From: Eledone cirrhosa
Lineage: Eukaryota
Length of the DNA stretch: 64,000 nt
Direction: 5' to 3'
Assembly: GCA_964016885.1 (NCBI GenBank)
Contig: OZ024745.1
Span: 103,850,001-103,914,000, forward strand
Each line of letters begins with the position of its first letter. Positions within the stretch are counted from its first letter, which is position 1. The position numbers and the translations under genes were made by a program. The notes under the pieces are model-generated. The model was not told the DNA's origin. It saw nothing but the letters and a program-made list of their open reading frames with translations, and searched no databases. Shown in pieces: positions 49,836 to 64,000 of this stretch.

Positions 49836-52199
49836 CCCTTTAGCATTCGCATTGAATTGTCAAATGTCATGTTCATCTATTCGCATTATTTTCACTTAAT
49901 TATACTCAAGAGGGTTATCAATTTTATTTGTTTGTAATTACTTTAATTTTTTATGTGCAGACTTGAAATTTTGTCAGATGTTTAAATAACTATAATTTAC
50001 AATTAGATATTTTTACCTGATTTTTTTTTTTTGTAAAATTTGACTTCTATGGGCAGGTTAAATTAATTAACAGGTGTAATTTAAACTTTATCTGCTTTAC
50101 CTGTTAGATTTGTTGCAAAAAAATCCAATACTGACCTAGATGCTGATTTCCATCAATTCTAGCAGGTGTAATCAGTACAAGGTTTTAGTCTTTCTCTACA
50201 TTCCAAGCAAATATTTTCATTGAAAAAAATGTATAAAACCTTTTCACCAGTCAAAATAATATTGGCAATGTACTCTTACACAATGTACGGTGTAAATTTA
50301 CGTAACAATGTTCCCAATATATAAGTTCATTAACAGGTGTGACACAGGTGAATGCAGGTGTTTTTGTATGTGTGTTCTAATATATTTTAAAAATATTGTT
50401 TTCAATATTGTCAGACAATATTTCTATCGTGATACTGCCCAAAACACCCTTTACATAATGGCACTTTGCAAAAGGAACACATAAATAGGGTTTGGATTGC
50501 GTAACCTTTAACAGCTTTTCTCTTTTGCAAAGAGCACAATCGGTAAACCTTCCTCCTACCATCAATTCTTTCCATTTTGTGAAAAATCAATATTTTCTTT
50601 GTGAACCACTGCTAATTTCCCAGCTTTGTGTTTGCGAGAAGTATATCTTCCACGTAGCTGGGATGCAATCTCCACGCGAAACTTCATGACAGTAGTCCTT
50701 TAGTGGTGGCGGATCCTTGTGGCTTTTAGTAAATACAATAAAAGAATTCACAATGGTTAAATTCACTAAAAACCACAAGATGTACCTCCACCATTTCTTT
50801 CCATGGTGTCCAACTGGATAATATGCACAATACTGGTCAGATTTGTCAACCCCACCCATATATTTATTGTAGGAGAGGTTAACTAAAGGTCTACCCTCAG
50901 CCCCAACACCTGGTTGTTGGTTAGAACTCAGGAACAAAATTTGCCATTTGTCTTTGAACACTGTGGCTAACATGTTCCTTTTTGCATTTGCTGTTTTTCA
51001 GTTTCGCAACTTTTATTTCTTGGGGTAGCCCTTTCCGATTGCTCATTATTGTGCCGCAGGTGTACGTATTTACAAGGGCAAGATCCTCTGCTAAAAGCAC
51101 AGAAGAAAAAAACGGTCAAAATATATATGTCTGTGTTCAGAGTGGAAGGGTTGGGTCAGCGACCACACGACATCATAACCCAACCCGTGTTTTCTCTCTC
51201 CGTTATGTTTTTTTCCTGTGTAAACATCAAAGTTTACACAGTTCCCACTTTGATGCCCCATTTGGTGGGTTTAGCTGGCATATATTGTCTGAAATGAACC
51301 CTACCCTTATACCCAATCATAGCTTCATCAACACTAAGATTTTTTTCCAGGTTTTTTTTTTCCACTTTTAAATTTTTCCGACAACATTTTCAATTAATGG
51401 TTGTACTTTGTACCATGGGTCGTAATTTGATTCATTTCTACCAGGGGCATTTGATGAATCTCGTTTTTTCCATAATACTAGATATATAAGGGTCACCAAA
51501 CCTTATATCAGTACTCCAATAATTCCACAGTCTTGAAAATTGTTTAATACCAAACATAATATTTATGGTAAAAAAAAACGCTTTCATTTTGGCAGAATCT
51601 GTCTGACGCCATAACAGATCGGGTTTTCCTCGATTAGAAATTTGTTGTGCATAGCGATTTGTCTCTTCTGCCACAACTTCGAAGAAAGTTTGTGGTAAAA
51701 ATAAAAAAAATTAATCCAGTGCTTTAGCATCGGGTGGTAATATGTGGCCAGTATTTTCAGTAAAATCCGAAACATGTGTTGGTGTTGTTTCTTTCAACCA
51801 CGTTGGTGTTTTTTCAATGGTGTCAGTTATATCTTCTCTTTCACTTTCAAAATGACTATCATCATCATCATCATCATCATCAGATATATCAGAAATAAAT
51901 ATAATCTGATCCGTTTGAAGATAAATCACTAATATTATCTTCTGTTTCTTTTTGATCTCGAATGTCGTCGGATGTAAAACCTTCAAATTCGTTGTCGCTA
52001 CTTTCGGAAGCCAACTTTCAACGTTAAAAACATGTTATCGCAAGTTCTTTAACTATACTAAGAGTTAATTTTCGCGCGTAAGGGCTTTATCTCGCAGTAA
52101 CCTCGAATTGACGAGATTTCGATGATGTCAATGTTTATTTTTAGAAGATCTCCATGTGGTATTAAATGTCAGTTTTTGTCGGTTTGAATGCTAAAAGGG
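49836..52199 (-). mobile_element. Decayed piggyBac DNA transposon with TIRs and TTAA target duplication
   Basis: TTAA(49832-49835)-CCCTTTAGCATTC...GAATGCTAAAAGGG-TTAA(52200-52203). Minus-strand fragments EETNRYAQQ, MFGI..WNYWS and YNKYMGGVDKSDQ...KKWWRY are PGBD transposase motifs, with an acidic N-terminus and a Cys-containing C-terminus. Confidence 0.92.
50377..51986 (-). pseudogene. piggyBac (PGBD-like) transposase pseudogene
   Basis: Fragmented across ORFs 51711-51986, 51438-51674, 50587-50973 and 50377-50565. Confidence 0.88.
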
Positions 52200-52208
52200 T
52201 TAAACAAA

Positions 52209-52243
<35 letters not shown>

Positions 52244-52248
52244 ACACA

Positions 52249-52607
52249 CAGTTGTCCCCGGTATTCATGATAGGTTACATTCCTAGAGTACCCACGAAGA
52301 GGGAAAAACTGCGAATAATGGACGTGGCCCATAAAAATGCCTATAAACATCAAAATATAAGGTAAAAATATTTTTTTTAAAAAGTGGGAGCGTCTTATGT
52401 GAAGGGACATCCAATAGGCTGGCAAATACAGTATATTGTTATTAATAATTTAGCGTTAAAAAAATATATATTGCCACGAAAAAAACCATTAAAAAAAATT
52501 GCGGAAGATATTTATGATTCCGTGAATATGCAGTGGTTACAACGAACAATTATATTAGTTGGGTTCTATGGAAAATTCCGCAAATCCGGAGGCGGTGGGA
52601 TACACTG
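52249..52607. mobile_element. Possible Tigger/pogo-type MITE
   Basis: Ends CAGTTGTCCCC...GGGATACACTG resemble CAGT..TCCC termini; inserted in a dinucleotide repeat. Confidence 0.45.
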
Positions 52608-52641
52608 TGTGTATATGGTGTCAACAAAAATCATGCAGATT

Positions 52642-52810
52642 ACACTGTAAATGTGGTTGGCATTAGGAAGGGTATCCAGCTGTAGAAACCAAGCCAGAAA
52701 CAGTTCTGTACGATCAAAACATGGTCACCTGACTTGACTTGCCTCAAATGGGACAACCCATCTAACTCATGCTAGCGTGGAAAATGGATGTTAAATGATG
52801 AGGATGATGA
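52642..52810 (+). mobile_element. SINE family A-related 3' fragment
   Basis: CACTGTAAATGTGGTTGGCATTAGGAAGGG...(GAT)n. Confidence 0.7.
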
Positions 52811-55609
52811 GACATATATATGTTTTGTTTTTATAAAAGATAGAAGGCCAGAAATTTGCTTTGTGTGTCCAGTTTCTTTACATGCATGATACTTTATTGG
52901 GCTGACATGATTTGAATTTAAACTCAAGAGGGGTGGTATTAAATTATATAAGTTATTTCATGCAGATATCTTTGCTGTATCTCCACTTCTTTTTCTTTAT
53001 GAAATATTGATTATTAATAGTTTATTTGAAATCAAACTTCTGGAGATATACAAATCTGTCAGCAAACGATGAAAAGAAAAGTATACCGCCACCTCTCTCG
53101 GAAATGAAATTTCCAATAAATCAAGTACTAAGCATGAGCTGAGCTGGCAACAAGCCAACTAGCCTCAAAGAAGATTCATCTGCCAATTGCTCAGGTCATG
53201 GCTAACACTTAACTGCACCTAATACTGGATTTTTCTATGCTGGCTTCCATTCTCTTCCCAGTTGTTTTTGTTGTAGTGTTTTGTCTTGAATGGATAGACA
53301 TGATCAAAGTCTTTAAGCTTCTATCATTCTGTTTTCTTTTCAATCATAGTGTATACTAGACTAGATTATCCAATGTTCTTATAAGGCGGTATGGTTTGGT
53401 TTGAGGGAGATTTTCCTGCTGTTTTTTACAGGTCTTTTATTAGCTCATAGCAGTTATGATTGTTTCAGATTTGCTTTTTTTTTTACTCAAAGTATTCTAA
53501 CTATACCCATCCTGTATTTTTATCACTATCTAATGGGTTTTTTTTTTTTAGGGTATGATTAGAGGGAGGTTTGGCTGTAAGTTCTTGCAGATCAAGTGAC
53601 CTTGTGGGGGTTAGTTCATATTTTCAGCCATGGTGTTATGTATTAAAATAACCAATACATTATATATATTGTCATATGACCTTGGTTTGAATCCTGAAAA
53701 CTAGTGAGTATCTGCATATTGGAGTTGATTATATTTATATTTTGTCTTAAGATATACTAATTTCCATTCTTTCTTTCAACATCACCACAAATAGAATATT
53801 GATATGTTGACAGTCAAACAAAATAAAATTATTCCCATACCTTAGAACTTTTACCATTTGCAATATTATGACCCTATCACTCATCAAAATGAACATATAT
53901 GATATTATATATAATAAAATTAAATATTTTGCAGACAACTTTTCAAACACCTTGTTTTATGATGGTTGATTTGACCATGATTTCCAGTTTATTTAATACT
54001 AAGGCAAACTCTTAATTCAGCAACATAAGAATGAGTTTGGTTTAACCACTTCACTATTGCTATTATTCTCTTTAACCATAACATTTGGTAACCTGAATAT
54101 TATTTTTGATATTTCTTGTTTTAGAAAATACTGTATGTAATCAGGATAAAACTTAGTTTTATAGCCAAACTAGATAAAATCGTGATTCCAAGGATCAGTC
54201 ATTTTGTGAATAATGTGACTAAAGCAAGCATATTGTCATGAATCACATGAAAAAATAACTGATATTGTCATGTTATCATTTCAATTATTTTGGTTTGTCA
54301 GAGAGCATTCTATACTAACTTGAAGGTGTTAAATGCAAAACTAACGCTATCTACGTCTATGTTTATATATATTTGTATTGCATATTACCTATACTCAAAA
54401 ATACTATGAGCTTGAAATACTTTGTTAATTATATAGCCGCACCTCATAAGTATTATTTCAAGTGCAAGTGACTATTTTAGTGCTAATAGCTTTAGTCGTT
54501 GGGGTAATTTGTAAAAGCTTATCTACAGTGATTAATCTCCTATGCTAAGGCAATTGTGCAATTCATTAGTGAGATCTATTGTATTATATGAAAGGCAATG
54601 TGGACAGTAGAGATCCAAGACTTACAGGGTGACAATTTGATACATGTGGATGTTAGGTATGAGCAAGAACATAGCTAGTTATGAAAGTTAGATTTAATTT
54701 GGATAAGAATTGATTTATTTTTTATCTGGATTGTTTAATATGTAGCCCCACTAATCCTTAGTTTATTTCATGCAGCATTAACTAATATAAATAGATTAAG
54801 CCTTAATATGATTTTTTTTTTATTTGCATCTTTAAGAATACATTGTAAAACAGCAAGGAAGTATATAGATAGCAGCTCAACATGCTGGAAATAGCAGCCC
54901 AATTTGTTTGATTATATTCTATCTTGAAACAGTTGGGACGCATTAAGTTATGACTCTTACATATACAATGCTTGAGAGGATTGAATGATTATGGCTGGCA
55001 TGTCTTTCATCATATGATAATTCAGTTAGTTGGCCTGGAGCTAACCAACAACAAAACAATGGCCATTAGAAAGTACTAGATCATTTATTACAGTAATACA
55101 CTTTTTTCCTCCTATGTATCACATTATAAAAGACGGTGCATTTAATCCCTGTTCATGTTTTATATTGTCCTGTCTTATATTCTTTTCTCAATTCAATCAC
55201 TTTATTTCCTTGGTTACTTTGTCTTCAATGTCTTAGTCTTGAGTTTAGATTAATTTTCTAAACATTTCAGTGGTGTCAAACATTTAAAAAAATATTTTTT
55301 TTTTTGTGTGTGACTTAAAATGAATAAACAATTAAATATATCACATGTCTAATTGTATGCAGAGTTGTCAAACCTCAAAATATTCATAAAAATTACTGGC
55401 AACCATGTTTGAAAGCCTGGTTTAGATGAGTGTTCAGAAAAGTTTGCTCGTATCAATTAATTCCCCCCATATAAATGTACTGTAACACTGTATATACATT
55501 TTTTAATTTGTTTTATTTCTGGCCAGTCTTCTACATACTTTTATCATGTTATGAAATATGCCTTTAGCATGATCGCTAGCTGTAATTTTAAGAGTTCATA
55601 TTATTTTAA

Positions 55610-55815
55610 CCCTTTAGCATTTAAACCAGTCATATCCAACCAGAATTATCTCACCTATTTCTGTTCAAACTGGCTGTAACTGGCCACTCATACTGACATT
55701 AAGGTATTGCTCTCGAAGTAACACCAGAATCTCATAGCTTCGTTATGAGATAATTATGTGAAATAAAGCCTTTACTGTGAAAATACAATAGTATATATAG
55801 GGTAATGTAAATGCT
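55610..55815. mobile_element. piggyBac-type MITE copy
   Basis: TTAA-CCCTTTAGCATTTAAACC; collinear with 40870-41070. Confidence 0.75.
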
Positions 55816-57499
55816 TTCATTTGCTTTGCTAGAGCATTAATGCTGTTGTAAAATTATATTAGTTAGCAGAAGGTAATCAATTTCCAGAATTGGTCATCTT
55901 TTAACCATTTTGATGTAAAGATTACTGATGCTCCTAATTTAAAAAAAAATGGAACCATTTTTATGAGAAACAAAAAGAAAATGGCGTTATTTACAAATAG
56001 TGTTGAAACCCCCATCAGATCTGAATTGGTTGATCGGTTTTCAGAATTGCTTTCTTTTGTATTACAATTGAAGGTATTTTCATACTTGTCCTGACTGTCT
56101 CTCATTTAATCTACACCATTGGGCAATAAACAAAAATAACATTCTAGCTTTGAGATGAAATGAGAAAGGATGAATGCATGTTCTCATCTGCAGTGGAGTA
56201 GACCAAGACCAAATATCACATGGTTTAGGGCTCATACTACACCATCATTTCCATGTATATAAACCATGCAATAGCTTATATACAGATAAAGAGGATGTAA
56301 TTGTAATGAATGACTTCAGTGGCAGTCAGAAAGGGAGGTCCTTAGACACCATATCTAGCCCCACCCCCTCCATACCCTACCCTTCCACCTCAATAACATC
56401 AACACAGAATGCAGCTGCAATGGGCATCAACTTAATGCAGAAACATGAACTTGTCTTAACATTATATTTGACAAATTCTGATATCACTTGTTAAACTTAA
56501 TTGTCATGGGACAGCTTAAAGTATCTGTTAATAGCACTATAATATATAAATATTTAGTTTTGTGCTGCAGTAATTTAAACTGCTACTTATATAACTAGTT
56601 TTATCATCACTGTTATCCTGTCTGTTTGTTTGGTTCGCTGTCAGCATAAGCTACCTTTTAATTTTAGCAGGTATTGTTTTCCTAGATAACAATTTTAGAA
56701 TTTTATTATCATTAAATATATTGGTGTTTGTATTCCAAATTTATTTTTTATTAAGTGGTCGCTGTATTTAGCATAATCAATTTGACCTAAATTGCTTTCT
56801 GCCTAACTAAACAGCTTTGTCATATAGTTTTTACATATACGCTGATAATACAAATTTTAAAATTTCTGTAGTGGTTCTTATTTCATTTTGTGGAATGTTA
56901 TTTGCATGAGAAATAAGCCATAAGTTCTAAAGTTTTAAATATCATGTAAATGTAATTTTTTAAAATTGTTGCTGTTACTGCTGTATATTCAGCTGAGCAA
57001 GCACATACTAGCAAGTTAGTACAGTGTCATTGAAATAAAACTGCTTGACATCATTTGACTGTTTGTATTAACCCTTTTGATAGTAAATAGCCTGTAATTG
57101 ATCTTGGCTCTTCAATGCAAAACTGTTTGTTTTAGGGTGTTAGTATTTATCTACCTACCCCCCCCCCCCCCCTTATGATTTTATGATCACGTTAATTCTT
57201 GCAAATTCTTGATTTTTCAAAATTATTTGAAAATTATAGGCAATGTCTTTCATTAGTAGTATGGTAACAAAAATGTTTAATAATAATTATGATTTCTAAT
57301 ATAGACCAGCAATTTGTGTGGCAGGGAAAGTCAATGTATTCAGTCTGCGATTTTAGAAATGCATATACACATACACACAGATATGTATATATTACAGCCA
57401 ATAAGATTACCATACACAACAATTTTGTTTGTGCCAGTAGACCCTGTCCATCGAGGTTGAGAAGACAGAACTGTCCCTGTTCTAATATTTATCTATGAT

Positions 57500-58970
57500 A
57501 ATATATTGATGTACAGGTTTTCATATCTTCCTTCCAACAGGTAAAGGTGGCCAGAGTTTCAACTATAAACCTGCATGTAGGTGACCCTTAGACCAATGGC
57601 TGTTCCTCTCTAAACTTGAGGCAGGAATCTAATAGTATCTAGGGCAACTGGGCAGTCTTTTTTAAGCTAGCAATGTTCATACTATAGTCAGATAGGCGCC
57701 TAGAAAAGGTGGCCTGAATATCACTTACCCTACTTTAACTGGCCAGTTAGCTGCAGCTAGCAAATCACTCACTCACTCACTCCTTTTAGGAGTATGGAAT
57801 GGCCCATACATTAACTACAAATGAGAACACTCCTAATAGGCAAAGTAACTTGCTTGCTACTATGTACACATTGTGGCTGAGGAGACTCTTAAATAACTAA
57901 CTAGCAGCTGCAAGCTTTGGCAAGGGACAGTGCAGTGAGCCTTGCAATTAAGAATAGCCTACTAAAGCAGCTCATAGCCACCATCAGTATAAGACTTACA
58001 TTTTCCTCTCAATTCCGAACCAACATGCAACTACCATCAGTACCTACATCCTATCCTAATCTGCTCTGATAAAACTATTGAACAGTTTTGTTGACCTCGA
58101 TTCTGTCCCAGATAATCTTAAGCTTATCATGCTGGGAGACTTTAACACTTGTGTTGGCCAGAACTATCACTAGTGGAGCAGTGTGTTCAGCAGACATGGT
58201 GTTGGAAAATGAACTTATCATCAACAATAATGTTCAGAATGACCAACAAATCAGACCCCCCTGATCTAAACAATGGCATTTGATAGCTTATATCATTATT
58301 CACCGGCATGATATCTAGGATATCCTTATCACCAGAGCCTTGTGAGGTGCAAAGTGTTGAACAGACCACAATTGTCTGCATTACTTTCAAGCTGAACATT
58401 GCCCAGGCCCATAGGAAGTGCCCAAATACAAACATTTCCAAACTACAGCAACAACCACACCTATAAAAATTTCAGGCCAATTTTAACTGGAAACTGTCAG
58501 AAAACCAGCTACTTTCAGGAATCACTTAAAACAAGCCATCAACCTAAACCACAAAGGTAGCTCTTGGCTTGTCTGTACAACTGTACTGTCAAGAAAAACA
58601 AAGCAATTGAAGAGAGCAGGATGACCCAAGTTCTATCCTCAAGGACAAATTCAAGTCCAGATAGGACTTGAATTTGTGGGGAGATCTGCTCATTATGAGG
58701 TAAACAAGTGAATGAGGTTCAGATCTATGCCAACACAAACAACTGTAAACAGTTCTCCAATGCCATCAAGCCTTTCTTTGGCCCTTTAAAGTCCAGTACA
58801 GCATCTCGAGGGGGAGAGGATTCCTGCTTGCTCCTGAATTACACTGCCACTGTTAACCAATCAGCCTTTGATCTGATTTCCCAGAAACCAGGATTTCAGT
58901 ATTTCAATACCTTCCTCCCATCCTTGGTCAAGGCCAGCCAAGTGACTAAGTAGCATTGTAACAAGGCTGT
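57500..58970 (+). mobile_element. Heavily decayed RTE (BovB-like) LINE, endonuclease region
   Basis: Remnants LGVWN (about 57786) and KLIMLGDFNTCVGQ..WSSVFSRHGVGK (about 58120-58210). Confidence 0.7.
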
Positions 58971-59206
58971 CTAACTTCAATTATTGATTTCTCTCTGCAG
59001 AAGGTTCCATGACAATGAAACTGATTTTAGTCCAGCATTTCTAACATATATTGCTTGCTATAAAGAATAATGTATTCCATATGCTCTCATTTAAAACTTA
59101 GGGTTTTAGACTAAATATCAAGGATTGATGATCACACTGATAGCAGAACCTACCAATATTCTGTTAAATGAATAAAATAAAAAAAAATAAAAAAGCAGTA
59201 AATTAT

Positions 59207-59323
59207 ATTGTTCTACTTTTGGCACAAGACCAGCAATTATCCCAGTGCTCTATTGGTGCTTTATTTTATTTACCCCATAAGGATGAATGGCAAAGTTAAC
59301 CTTGGCAAGATTTGAACTCAGAA
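59207..59323 (-). mobile_element. SINE family B fragment
   Basis: Reverse complement of the family B core and tail. Confidence 0.7.
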
Positions 59324-59771
59324 CTATAATTTCTTTCTATATATTTATTTTAAATTATCCAATCCATTAAACACATCCTATTTAGTAGCTCTTATGAGTA
59401 TATATAAATCATACTTGATTGACTACCTTTATTGAAGTGACACATTACAGAACTGTATATCGGTGTCAAATTTTTTATTTCAAATTGGTAATTCAATGCA
59501 GTTCATTAACACAAAAATGATATGGTGAATGAAAATGAAGTTCTAGGCTTTATTTATGCATACAAAACAAAAATAGAAATTTAATGCGGCTTCAAAATAT
59601 AATTTCATGTGTTCATTAACATCCTGAAAAGTCATAGTTTGTCTCCTGCACTGAATAAACAATTGTACAGATACAGATACTCTTCACCATTTTTTTGTAA
59701 TTATAGACTGGCATATCATCTACTGCCTTTTTTACCATCATATTTGACTTTGTACTTTGAATGATTATATA

Positions 59772-59940
59772 ATTGTTTCTATATTTGGCACAAGGCCAGC
59801 AATTTGAAGGGGAAAGAGAAAGTCGATTAAATTGACCCCAGTGTGTGACTGGTACTTTATTTTATCAACCCCCTGTAAGGATAAAAGGCAAAGCTAACCT
59901 CGGCGGGATTTGAACTCAGAACATAAATGGCCATAACTCT
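59772..59940 (-). mobile_element. SINE family B-related copy
   Basis: Reverse complement of the family B core, with a longer tail segment. Confidence 0.7.
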
Positions 59941-60698
59941 GTCCACTGTTTTTGCCTTCCATAAATTAACAGCCCATTCACCGATCAGAGACAGTAATGG
60001 AACCTGCATACTGTCTCTTTTCATGTGTGATTTTCTCCATCACATATCCAATTGCTCCATTTCAATTTCACTATGTCCTTAAATGGTTTATTGATACCAA
60101 CATTTAATGGTTGCAAAACACTTGTAAGTCTGCCAGAAATTCCTGCTTTGTCAGTGTTTTGGAAAACAGACATAATCAGCAACGCTCTTCACCACCAGAT
60201 ACGACTTAAACTGATCTCAGTCAAGCAAACTCTTATCCTCTTGTAGTCTGCCAGGTAAATTCTTAACATTTTTAACCTATTCATAAAGGTGGATGTAAAA
60301 AATGTATAAAAAAACGTTTGGAATTTATAACCTAACAATATTTCATTTTGATGTTCTCTTAAAAACAACCACCAGTTTTAATTTAGTATTATTAGCCATA
60401 CAAGAAAACTAAAACAAACTAGCTTTTTTCCATGTTTCCAATGCATGATAGCTATTTGATTTATGATTACAAATTGGTGAAATGCTACTATCATATTTTG
60501 ATCAGCTAAGGTGCTGAATCATACCCCATAATCCATAAGTTGAATTCTACAGTACACTTATTCTGGGAGATATTTTCCCACAAAATAAAGAGTTTTAAAT
60601 TCAACCACTCTGTTGTATATATATATATATATATATATATGAGAGGATAATTAATCTTTCTTCAAATCTCTCTTCAGTTCTTGCCTGGATTTTCCTAA

Positions 60699-60736
<38 letters not shown>

Positions 60737-62468
60737 TGTGTGTATGTATAATTAATTATACACACACACAAATAAATAGTCTCGCATTCTGAATGTGATA
60801 AGTGGGGAGTAAAACGTCAATCACCTGAGCCTGTCATCACAATTTCAAGACCAAAATTGTTCAGATCATTGTCTAAACTTGTTCAAAAAGACTTAGATCT
60901 GCTGAAGCTATAGACGTTCTCCTCTTTGTTTGTATCTCATAAATAGAACATCCCTAGGAGATTTGACTGTTATTTTTAGTTGAACTGTGTTTAGTATGTG
61001 TATATTATCAAATAAGACAGTTATTTTTAATTTGTAATTTTAAAAAAAATTTTCTCATTTGTTTCTCCCTCTATAAATTTCACTCTAAGCATTTTCTTTG
61101 TGTCCACTTGCTAGGCTGGCCTCTATGTTAATAAAACTAAAAAGGCAAAAAGCATATATTTAAAGCCAAGAAACCGAAATTTATTAAACAGATTGTGAGA
61201 TAATATATCATGAAAATGTCATCCATTATGTTATGGTGCAGCTGGTGAATTGGCAAAGTTGTTAGAATGTTGGATAGAATGCTTAACAATATTTGTTGTG
61301 ATTCTGGAGTCTGAATTCAAATCCTGCCACCTAGGTCAGCTTTGCCTTTTCATGCTTTTGAGGTCATAGAAAAAGTACTGGGGTCAATTCTTTCTCACTT
61401 GCTCTATATCACTCCCTTTCCTCCCCTGAAAGAAATCGGCTGCGTTCAGACCTGAAGAGCAGATGGGCTCTGCCAGGTTTAAAAAAAGAGCCCAAGAAAC
61501 GCCACAAGTCACTATGGTGCCCTTAGGAGTCCATTAGGAGTTACTGCCATGCAGTGGAAAGGAGATGTTAAGTGTGTGATAGAGAAAGAAAGCAGAAATA
61601 TTTTATTTTTTATTCTCACAACTTTATGGAAAGGGGATAAGAGTGTGAGAAAACTAAAAGGAATTAATTTTTAAACTTTGATCATGTTGTGGAAAGGAGG
61701 GGCTAAAAATGTGTATGCGAGAGAGTAAGAAGTGGTGGTGCTGTATATATATATATATATATTTTAAGTATCTTCAAATCAAAATATTCCATTTTGGTAG
61801 TTTGTCATTCATTGAATTTATAGGTAATTAAGTACTATCATCATATATATATATCCGAATCAAATGTTTTCGCAGTTCTCTGCTTGTGTTTGCCATACTT
61901 TTATTGGTCAACTATGTAATCTGCACCTCATGGTGTCACCAGGATCTTACATAACCAGCCCATTGTTTTGGCAACAATAAAACTTTAAAAGGATATCCCC
62001 AGTCAGGCCTCTTGTTTTAATCAAATTAATATATAAACTTATAAATAAAATGCTGTATTGATCTGTATTGATCTTTGTGTGTGTATTGCTGGGTTGTACA
62101 ATAAACTAAAGCTAATGTGTGTATGAATTATGCACCAAACTGAACAGGGATGCACATGGTGTCATTTCTTTGCCATTACATTTATACACACAGCTAGCAT
62201 GGTTTGTTGCCTGTGAGAAACTAGGCTTGACTTCTAAACAAAATACATGAAAAATTGACTTTGGTGTGATATAGACTTTTATTCAAATATACATCGTGTA
62301 CGTGTGTGTACATACATACGTTAGACATGTTGTGGGGAAGGGGTGGTTTATGGAGAAAGTTCTTTTTTCCCCCCAATAAGACTTTTTCATATTTTGAAAT
62401 ATCTGTTGAAGCACCTGAAACACTTTCACTTTATCTTGATCTGGTAAATTTGTGCATGTATCTCTTAA

Positions 62469-62668
62469 CGCTTTTGCATTTAAACTGGCTGTACCTGTCC
62501 AGAATTTTCTCACCCTTTTCTGTCCAAACCAGATGTAATTGGTCACTGATACTGATGTGAAGGTTTTGTTCTCAAAATAAATAACATCCAAAATCTTATT
62601 CAATATTATGTGAGATAAAAGCCTTCAGCATGAAAATACAATAGCATATATAGATTAATGTAAAACCT
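62469..62668. mobile_element. Degenerate piggyBac-type MITE copy
   Basis: TTAA-CGCTTTTGCATTTAAAC; collinear with 40870-41070. Confidence 0.65.
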
Positions 62669-62997
62669 TTTCATACCAAACCACTTGAAACGGCCCCTAG
62701 TTTTACAATATAAAACTTTGTCGAACTGCTTGTATTTTATCTAAAATCCTTCAATCATGATTTTTATGTAAAACTTTTGTTCCAAAGACAAGTTTATTGA
62801 AAAGTTATATTACTATGTGAATGCCTCCAATTTCAAAATTATTTCAGCAATATTGTAACAAAAGAGTTAAACAACATCCAATAGCATGTTATATATATAT
62901 ATTCACACACATACTGAATGACAATGTTGAATAAGTTACCTATGTTATGTTTCTTTTTTTACATACTGAAAGGTATTTTATTTTATCCAATATTTTA

Positions 62998-63035
<38 letters not shown>

Positions 63036-63735
63036 AAAAATAATAAAGAATATTTAGTCAAACCTATAGAAAAAGTAAGTGGCATTGGAATTTTATTAAT
63101 GAAAGCATTATTGGGATATATTATACAAGTGAAACAGTGGCGAACAGGGGTATAATGGTGTTAGTTGGCAATTTATTTTAAGCTAGTACTAAATATGTAT
63201 GAGCATAAGATTAGCTCTTTGATAATTTACAGAGAATGATTTTTATCCTTTCATAGCTTGTTCCCCAAGGCTACAAACATCTTGTTTGTTATATGGATTT
63301 TGGTTTATTGCTCAATGATTGCTTCTTATTTGTAATAGAGTTCATTGATTATGTGTTATTCTAATCAAATGTAGACTAGATTGAAAATATACATTTCAAA
63401 TAGCCTTATTGCCAACTGTTTAAAATTATTAAGCTGGTTTTGAGATAGTTAAACACATTGCATATTGTTGGACTAATTGTTTTTACAGCTGGTTACCCTT
63501 CCTGTTATTAATCACTCAACAGTGAAGTAAAAGTGGAGCTTACTGTCACAGACTAAATAATGCTGAGAGCAGTGGTAACAAGCTTTACATAACATTCATC
63601 TGTTACGTTAGAAAATGTGCTGCTATATTAACTAAATATTCTTTGCCTAGTCTTTAAGAATTTTCTACCATCATATGAAGAGTATACCAGTAACATTTTA
63701 ATTTCTTCTATATGATGTGGATCAGTATGAAATTT

Positions 63736-63971
63736 ATCATCATCATCATCATCATCATCATCACTGTTTTAGGTCCGTTCTTTCACGCTTGCATGTGTTA
63801 GATGGGTTGTCCTGTTGTGGGCAGTGTCCAGTCAGCTGACCTTGCCTTGCTCATATGGGAACTGATTCTGGCTTGATTTCTACAGCTGGATGGCCTTCCT
63901 AACACCAACCTCATTTACAGTGAGTGCTGGGTGCTTTTTTTCCGTGGCACCTCCATGACCACTTTGCAGTG
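63736..63971 (-). mobile_element. SINE family A copy
   Basis: (ATC)n tail and the reverse complement of the family A body. Confidence 0.8.
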
Positions 63972-64000
63972 GGAAAATCACCCATTACTTTGGGGAGATA

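Noticed and set aside
49359-64000. Search for ELL exon 3 (expected F.F.LS...GSF.CIQQ-like peptide)
   Set aside because: Not found by eye; it probably lies beyond the window.

Overview
AT-rich, microsatellite-rich eukaryotic DNA; the repeat content suggests a cephalopod (octopus-like) genome, which is an inference. The only host gene I recognise is the 5' part of an ELL-family RNA polymerase II elongation factor on the + strand: coding exon 1 at 6591-6716 and a 45-nt exon 2 at 49314-49358, separated by a 42.6-kb intron. Neither exon is a standalone call in the ORF track. The rest is mobile DNA: a nearly intact RTE-clade LINE with one frameshift (27270-30282), several decayed RTE fragments, at least three tRNA-derived SINE families, a decayed TTAA-flanked piggyBac with related MITEs, and a Penelope-like GIY-YIG remnant. 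The most notable unannotated signal is a set of short fold-back elements that carry minimal type-I hammerhead ribozyme motifs (CUGANGA-stem II-GAAA-palindromic stem III-UH). They cluster in the first 1.1 kb, and a decayed copy sits at the 3' end of the Penelope-like remnant, which suggests non-autonomous ribozyme-bearing retroelements. Most listed ORFs are artefacts of (TA)/(TATG) repeats.
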